A stretch of 64,000 nt of DNA from the human T2T-CHM13v2.0 reference genome, Homo sapiens. The translations under genes were made by a program, and so were the position numbers. Of the stretch, positions 57,922 through 64,000 are shown one piece after another. The notes under the pieces were generated by a model. That model saw nothing but the letters and a program-made list of their open reading frames with translations. It had not been told where the DNA came from and ran no database searches. The number at the start of each line of letters is the position of its first letter. The first letter of the stretch is position 1. The stretch lies in the NCBI RefSeq assembly GCF_009914755.1, contig NC_060931.1. One strand, written 5' to 3'.

Positions 57922-58339
57922 TGCTGTCTAAACCAGATGATCTTTACAGTTTTCTTTCCATTGCTTGTGACGTCTATTTAAATTTATATAAGTAAATTTA
58001 TTTGCAGAATTCATTATTTATCACAAGTAAAAATACAAGATAGGAAAAACAGAATAAAATTGCAATAATGTGTGCTCAGTAAAATGTTATTTATGTAAGA
58101 TTTATAGGCCCCCTCTACAACCACCTGAATTGTCACTACCAGATATGATTAGTCTTGCCCAAAATCCCAGTCAGCAAAGTTTACCATTGCATGGAGTCTT
58201 CCCCCAACCAAAGGCAAGTGGCAGTTTAGTAATCTCTTTAATAACATACCTTTGTTCTCATCACACTCCCTCCCATCTTGCTTTTTCTGTCTTTATTTTA
58301 TTCAGTCACAAATATGTTAAGCACGGATCTAAATTTGAA

Positions 58340-58870
58340 GAATAAATTAACTGAGGCTAATACTAGAAGAAAAGTAGTTTAGAAAATTATAAAACAAATT
58401 TAGCAAATAGACACAGAAATCTCTGGGAGATCTGGAAAGCCAAGATTTAAGGCTAATCAAAAAGACACAACTTTCAATTTTATTATGCACTAGAACTGAC
58501 TGATCTCACAGCTGGATACAGACACCATAGTCTACATCAGCAACACCACTGATATCACTAATGCCATATATCCCTATGTTCTTAATTCTGTGTCAAGGAC
58601 TGCTCAACTCTTGCATAGAGAAGGAAGATGCACCTGCCATTGTGACCATCTCCCCTAGCATGGATGCTATATGATTCTCACTTCTTCATATCACTAGCTT
58701 CCAATTAAGGCTTAGGAGCAGGTGCTTGGATCCAAGCTAAAGGAGAGACTAGGCACTTAAGTGTCTCCAATATTCCGTGTGGGAGGAGTTTTTGCTTCTG
58801 AGATAGGAAAACCTACACATATAGGAGTCCTGTTTACATGCAGAGCAACCTGAAACAATGACAAATGTTG
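58340..58870 (-). mobile_element. Ancient MLT1-like LTR (tentative)
   Basis: cacagaaatctctgggagatctgg...tcactagcttccaatt...gcaggtgc...caatgacaaatgt. Confidence 0.4.
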
Positions 58871-61056
58871 TGGCAATCAACAATTTCCATGAATCTATTC
58901 AATAAAACAGCAAAAAATGAGTCATTTCAGAATGAGTTTAAATTACAGAAAACTAACAAAAATGTATTTAAAGGTTTTTTCTGAAGATGATCACGAAGTG
59001 CTCAAACATTTAAGTAAAATGTATTCTGTTTTAAAGCCAACCTCCTGAACTAAGTTCCATTAGTTCTAAATTTGAAATGACACAAGTAGGATTTTTAATT
59101 ATGGGAGTTATTTGCTATTATAGGGTTACTATTGGTGATGTTTCAGAGTTACTCTCATGATAGGAAGAAAATCAAAGTGAATTAAATAAGCCAAATTAAA
59201 TAAGATGTTTCCTCTCTTCACTTTATTTATATTTTCAGTCATACATTTGTCTACAAATCATGGTTTTGTTTACAGTAGGTTAACAAAGGAGTTCGATTTT
59301 AGCCATTTAATTTACAGGTCTTCTAAAAGAATGTGATGAAGAACTTGACTTTGGTATCTGAATAATTCAATGCTTATGCCCTAGAAAAGGTTACCATTCC
59401 CACACCTTCAGAGCAATGTATAGTAATATTTATTCTGATACAGAAATATTGGCTCTTGCCCCCTTAAAATTCATTCAAGGCATTGTTATTTTATTTGTGC
59501 CAATACTCCTCCTGCCCTTAAGGCATGTATAATCTGAAACAGTGCTGGCAGTTTTGCACTTGGGGATATAAAGATAACAGAATAAAAATGTAATTAATAC
59601 AAAAGTACCCAGTATGCTGTACCTGCTAAGGGGAAAAAAAAAAATATATATATATATATATTTCTCTCCCCTAATTAGAATCTTTTTCCTATGGGCTGGA
59701 TATTACTGTAAAGAAACAGAATATTTTGTAACAGTAGTTATACCTTTTTCAATTTTAAGAGAAGAAAGCTAAATTATTAAATAAGTTATCAAAAAAGTTG
59801 TCTTCCTTTGTCTTTCTACACACTAAAAACGTATTTGGTAATCATTTAAAACTCTTCTGAATTATCCTGATGAGACAAAGTGTGACACTCTGTAATGAGC
59901 ATTTATGACATAGGATTGGTGGCTATTAACACAGTGACAGGAAGGTTAGGGTGATTAATGAGTAGTGGGGGTAGGAGGCACTTGCAGAATGTAACATTTT
60001 CATAAATTGTGTGTTCTCCAAGGAGCTGCTTATTATGATTCCTTCAGTACCAATCCTATCATTTCTTGTGGAACATGCCACATTCTAAATTAGCGCCCTA
60101 TTCCCAAGGCAACTCTCTTCATTGTAGCTGTTTTCTGTGCCATGGATTCTTCAGACAAACTATTTCACAAAGTGACTGTTGTCCTCTAATTCCTCCTTCA
60201 TCTCATCATAGTTTTGCTCATAAATTTCAAGTTCTTGTTCTCTTACTTTAGGGGAGAAATTCGGAAGTGTTAGATCACTGCTTACTGGACAAGTGCTTAA
60301 TTTCAACTCTGCCATCCAACAAGTCTTTCTGGGTTTTACTAGTTTTGTTTTCCTACTTCCACCTTTCAAACCAATGTTACTTCCAAGATTTTACTTAAGC
60401 ACTACTGAAATAGTCATAACATAAATAACTCTGTTCTTGAAACTTTTGTGAAAAGCAGTTGCATATAAATTAATATTGTCAGACCTCCACTTCTGGAGAT
60501 GTGGTTTTCCAGAGAGGAGCCTGGGCTGGAGAGGCCGCAACAGGGAGAGAGTGTACATGTGGACTATTGTTAATGTTGATAAGGTAAGGATGACAGAATT
60601 AACATTTTGTTGAGAAACTGAAATTGAATTCCAAGCAGAACAAATAACAGGAAAAACACAAATATCATCAAGGAAATAAATGGATAATTCTCATAAGAGT
60701 CATTGTCCAAAGAAAAGACGGTCTGGAGGAATTCTGTGTATCAGAGGAATTTGGTCAGAGGCTCTTTACAGATGTCTATAACTCTCTGACTCTGGCAAAA
60801 AGTGAGCTCTTAAGGGCAATGGGCAAATTTGAAATGCTACCCTTCCTTTAGAAATCCCTAATCCCAAGTAGAATGAAAATGGGTTTCTTTAAGCTTTCCC
60901 AGTAGGTGGTTTAAATATTTATTTGCATACCTCACAGTGGAGAAATGAGTTCTGACTAGTGCTCCTTTAGGGATAGACTTTCCAGTTATATAGGATTGAG
61001 GTTGCCAAGGTACTAATGAAAGCCTGTCTCTCCATTCATTTTCTTTTCAAAATTAA

Positions 61057-61172
61057 AATAATAATAATAATAATAATAAATGAGTGCTCATCAAATGTCA
61101 AGGGCTATACTAGATGTTGGGGCTAAAATTAGAGTAAATATAGTCCTTGTTATTATGGAGCTCATAGGCTGA
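61057..61172 (-). mobile_element. (AAT)n followed by an L2 3' fragment
   Basis: aataataataat... then tgagtgctca...tactagatgttgggg...tagtccttgttattatggagctcata. Confidence 0.6.
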
Positions 61173-61529
61173 ACAACTTACAAGCTCAGCCCACTCAATC
61201 CTGGCTCATCGATTTAGAATTTGATGTACTGGTTGGAGGCTACTATCCATTTCCTGCACATACAGAGGGCAGAGTAAAACAAGTAGAATATGCATAGGCT
61301 AGATCTTCATGAAGCAATAGTTTTCTGGAAATCCTCAGAAGAACCTATGGGAACTGTGGTTTTCCTCAAAAGACTGCAACAAGCAGGGAAGAAGTCTGTG
61401 AAATCTATGAAAGCAGATATTCTTGATGGCGGGGGAGTGGGTCGGATGCACAAATCAGTATAAGGGGATGTTGCTGTGAAATATGGGAAGTCTTATGGGA
61501 AATATGGAATTCTCTGAAAGATGCAAATG

Positions 61530-62575
61530 TGGTTCTTCTTATCATGAAGCTCATATAGTAACTGGAGATACTTTAAGAACCTAATTACACAATCGCACAG
61601 TTTATTATATTATTATCATTGTCAAGATTACTGTGAAAAGCAGCTTTGGGATGTAAGAATAGTATGACAAGGGATATCTAACTTATTTTAGGGCATTTGG
61701 AAATGCATCTTTAAGGAATTTATACAAATTTGTTTCTAGAAAATGAGTAGAGTGGTAGACAAATACAGGAGTCAGAAGGAGCAGTCTTTGTGGGGCTTTG
61801 TGGGGCTCACCAATAGAGCATGGTGAGTGTGAGTTACTGAATTGAGGAATGGCACCTGCATGAATGGGATGCAGACAGTGATAGGCAGTAAGCATTTTCT
61901 GCAAGTTCCAGTCAGCCACATTAAAGACTTCACTAGAATGGGCATCTATTGAAGGTTTGGGGTCGGTGGGATGTCATGAATAGATTAGTCTTCATAGAAT
62001 CACTTGCACTGTGCAGGAGTGTTGGGGTGAAGACAATATTGAATTTAAGAAACTAGTTAGGAGAGTATTTTTATACCCAGGAAAATGGGAGTGTAGATTT
62101 AGAGTAGGGTGGTGGCAGAATTTTATGTTTGGATGGATATAGGAAGTGACCGAGAGGGACAAATCAAATTTCTGTCTTATATAACTGGCTAACAATCATG
62201 CTAATCACCAAAATAAGAGGCGTGAAATTATTTCCCTTTTCAGGGTGAAATTGTTATTTAAATTTTATATACAGAGAGATAGAAGTGGTTCTACAAATAG
62301 AGATGCCAAATAGGGAGCTGGCTATGAAGTTTTGTAACTCATAGATGAGGTCAAGGCTAAAGGCTTCAATGTATGAGTCAGCATTTTTTGAAGGGTAATT
62401 GAGATTATGGAAGTGGATGAGCTCGCCTAGGAGAAAGCGGGAAATTAACAAAGAGTAGCACATAGCATCAAGTTTGGAAGAACTACAACATGTAAAGACC
62501 AGATGAAGAAGAGTCTATAAAGGAGACTGAGGTCTTACCAGAGATATAGAAGAAAAAGGAGACTATCTTGGCAGA
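61530..62575 (-). mobile_element. L2 fragment
   Basis: tcatgaagctcatatagt, ggaagtggatgagctcgcctaggag and aaggagactgag are L2 motifs. Confidence 0.65.
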
Positions 62576-62624
62576 TCTGACTGTAAGAATCTCACAAGGC
62601 TTCAGAAATCAGGCTTCTTATCAG

Positions 62625-62810
62625 GGCACTGCCACTGTGAACCCTCTAGGAACTCACTTTATGAACTCTCTGTGTTTCAACTTCCTCTTGTATAAAATGG
62701 GGGATGAGTATACTTAACCTGTGTCTCTCAGGGGGTTTTGAGGACCCAATAAAATGATGTCTGAAGGTCCTTGGATACCAAAACCCCCTATATTAACAGA
62801 AATTATAATG
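62625..62810 (+). mobile_element. MIR (MIRc-like)
   Basis: aactctctgtgtttcaacttcctcttgtataaaatggggg...ctcagggggttttgaggac. Confidence 0.7.
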
Positions 62811-62829
62811 AAGCTTCATTGTTTTCCTT

Positions 62830-63247
62830 CTTAAGCATGCCACTGGCTTTCTCTGTGTTTCTGACAGTCAGTGTACAGGAAAAGATGCCTCTGGCACGGG
62901 GAATTTGCTCAGCTTTCCCAGCCCCTCACCTCTTTAGATAAAGTTCTACTCATTTTTGTATCTCAGATCAAGACTCACTTCAGAAATGCTTGGTCTCAAC
63001 TTTCAATGTGTGCTAGACTCCACTCGAGTTTCCTTTCTTAAGAGGACTTATTTTGGATATTAATTAAACATCATTTTATGATTATTTGTATAGTATTTGA
63101 CTTACGCAATAAAACATATGCTTCATGAGAACATGAACCATGTCTTTATTGATAACTGCTTTATTTTCTTTGCTTAAAATACTGTCTGCGAAAGGCAGGC
63201 ACTTAACAATATTAGTAGAACAAACCAAATACATGAATGAATAAATG
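62830..63247 (+). mobile_element. L2 3' end
   Basis: aggcaggcacttaacaatatt...catgaatgaataaatg. Confidence 0.55.
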
Positions 63248-64000
63248 TTCTTATCCTGTTCAAGACAAGAAAGAGGGATTGATGATAGAAAAATAATATT
63301 TGATTTAGCAGCATGCAACTCGTGTGAAATTAGGAAGAGCTAACTCAGTAAAACATTCATGATGAAAGATTAAAGACATTGAAGAGTAAATAGTTTATGA
63401 TATGCAAAAACAGAGAACAGACAACTTGTTCAAGAAGTTTGTCAGTCAAAGAGATGGGAGAGAAGAGTGGAAGTATTCCTCCAAAACTTAATATATAGGC
63501 ATACAGGGGACAATTTTTTATTTGAAAAGGGCACTAGCACAGAGGATGATGAAATACATCAACTTTTGTAAGATATCTGTCTTTGCCTTATTGGTATAGC
63601 ATTGAAGTGGGCCTGCTTGAACATGATTTTTTACTGCAGAGTGAAATGTCCTTCAGTGAGCTTGCTGCAGTGGAGTCTGTGAAGAAAGGTCAGTTGGTGT
63701 CCAAATATGCAAAGTTCAGATGAAGATACATGTAGCTCAAGCTGCTTAGTGCAAGCATAAAGAAAGTAATCATGTATCACATATTCAAAGTCCTTGAAGA
63801 TCCTGTGTGTTGCTTTGAACAGGCTGTGTTAGCACATAAAGGTAGTACAGCACCTCACCAGCCTGGATAAAACACTTCCAACTTTCATCACATACCAGGT
63901 CTTCTCAAAAACCTCAGCTACTCACTTTCATCATCTGAGTTAGTTTTTGGTTAGATTGGAGCACTGTAAATTTCCCCACAATAAAATAATTTCCAAGGAT

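Overview
This is AT-rich, CpG-depleted primate (most likely human) genomic DNA, intergenic or deep intronic, and dominated by transposable-element relics. I could not support any intact cellular protein-coding gene, RNA gene, CpG island or CRISPR-like array. The only ORFs that resemble real proteins are broken L1PA ORF1/ORF2 (35983-40883), broken Tigger1 transposase (33650-35426) and L1PB ORF2 scraps. The other listed ORFs are Alu/LTR/L1 read-throughs or chance. I found no evidence for a new biological system. What is worth a second look is structural: (i) a complete two-LTR ancient MLT1 (MaLR) provirus with a perfect TGAAA target-site duplication (TSD) and two nested insertions; (ii) a twin-primed (5'-inverted) L1PB1 carrying a THE1B; (iii) an L1PA4-like copy with a probable short 3' transduction, inserted without a TSD into a tiny L1MA fragment; (iv) a full-length Tigger1; (v) several templated insertions or duplications; (vi) a very young AluY; (vii) Z-DNA-type tracts; (viii) an intact DUX4-type motif in a THE1 LTR. 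Repeat family names come from my recollection of consensus sequences, not from a database search. Subfamily calls and the boundaries of old elements are approximate.
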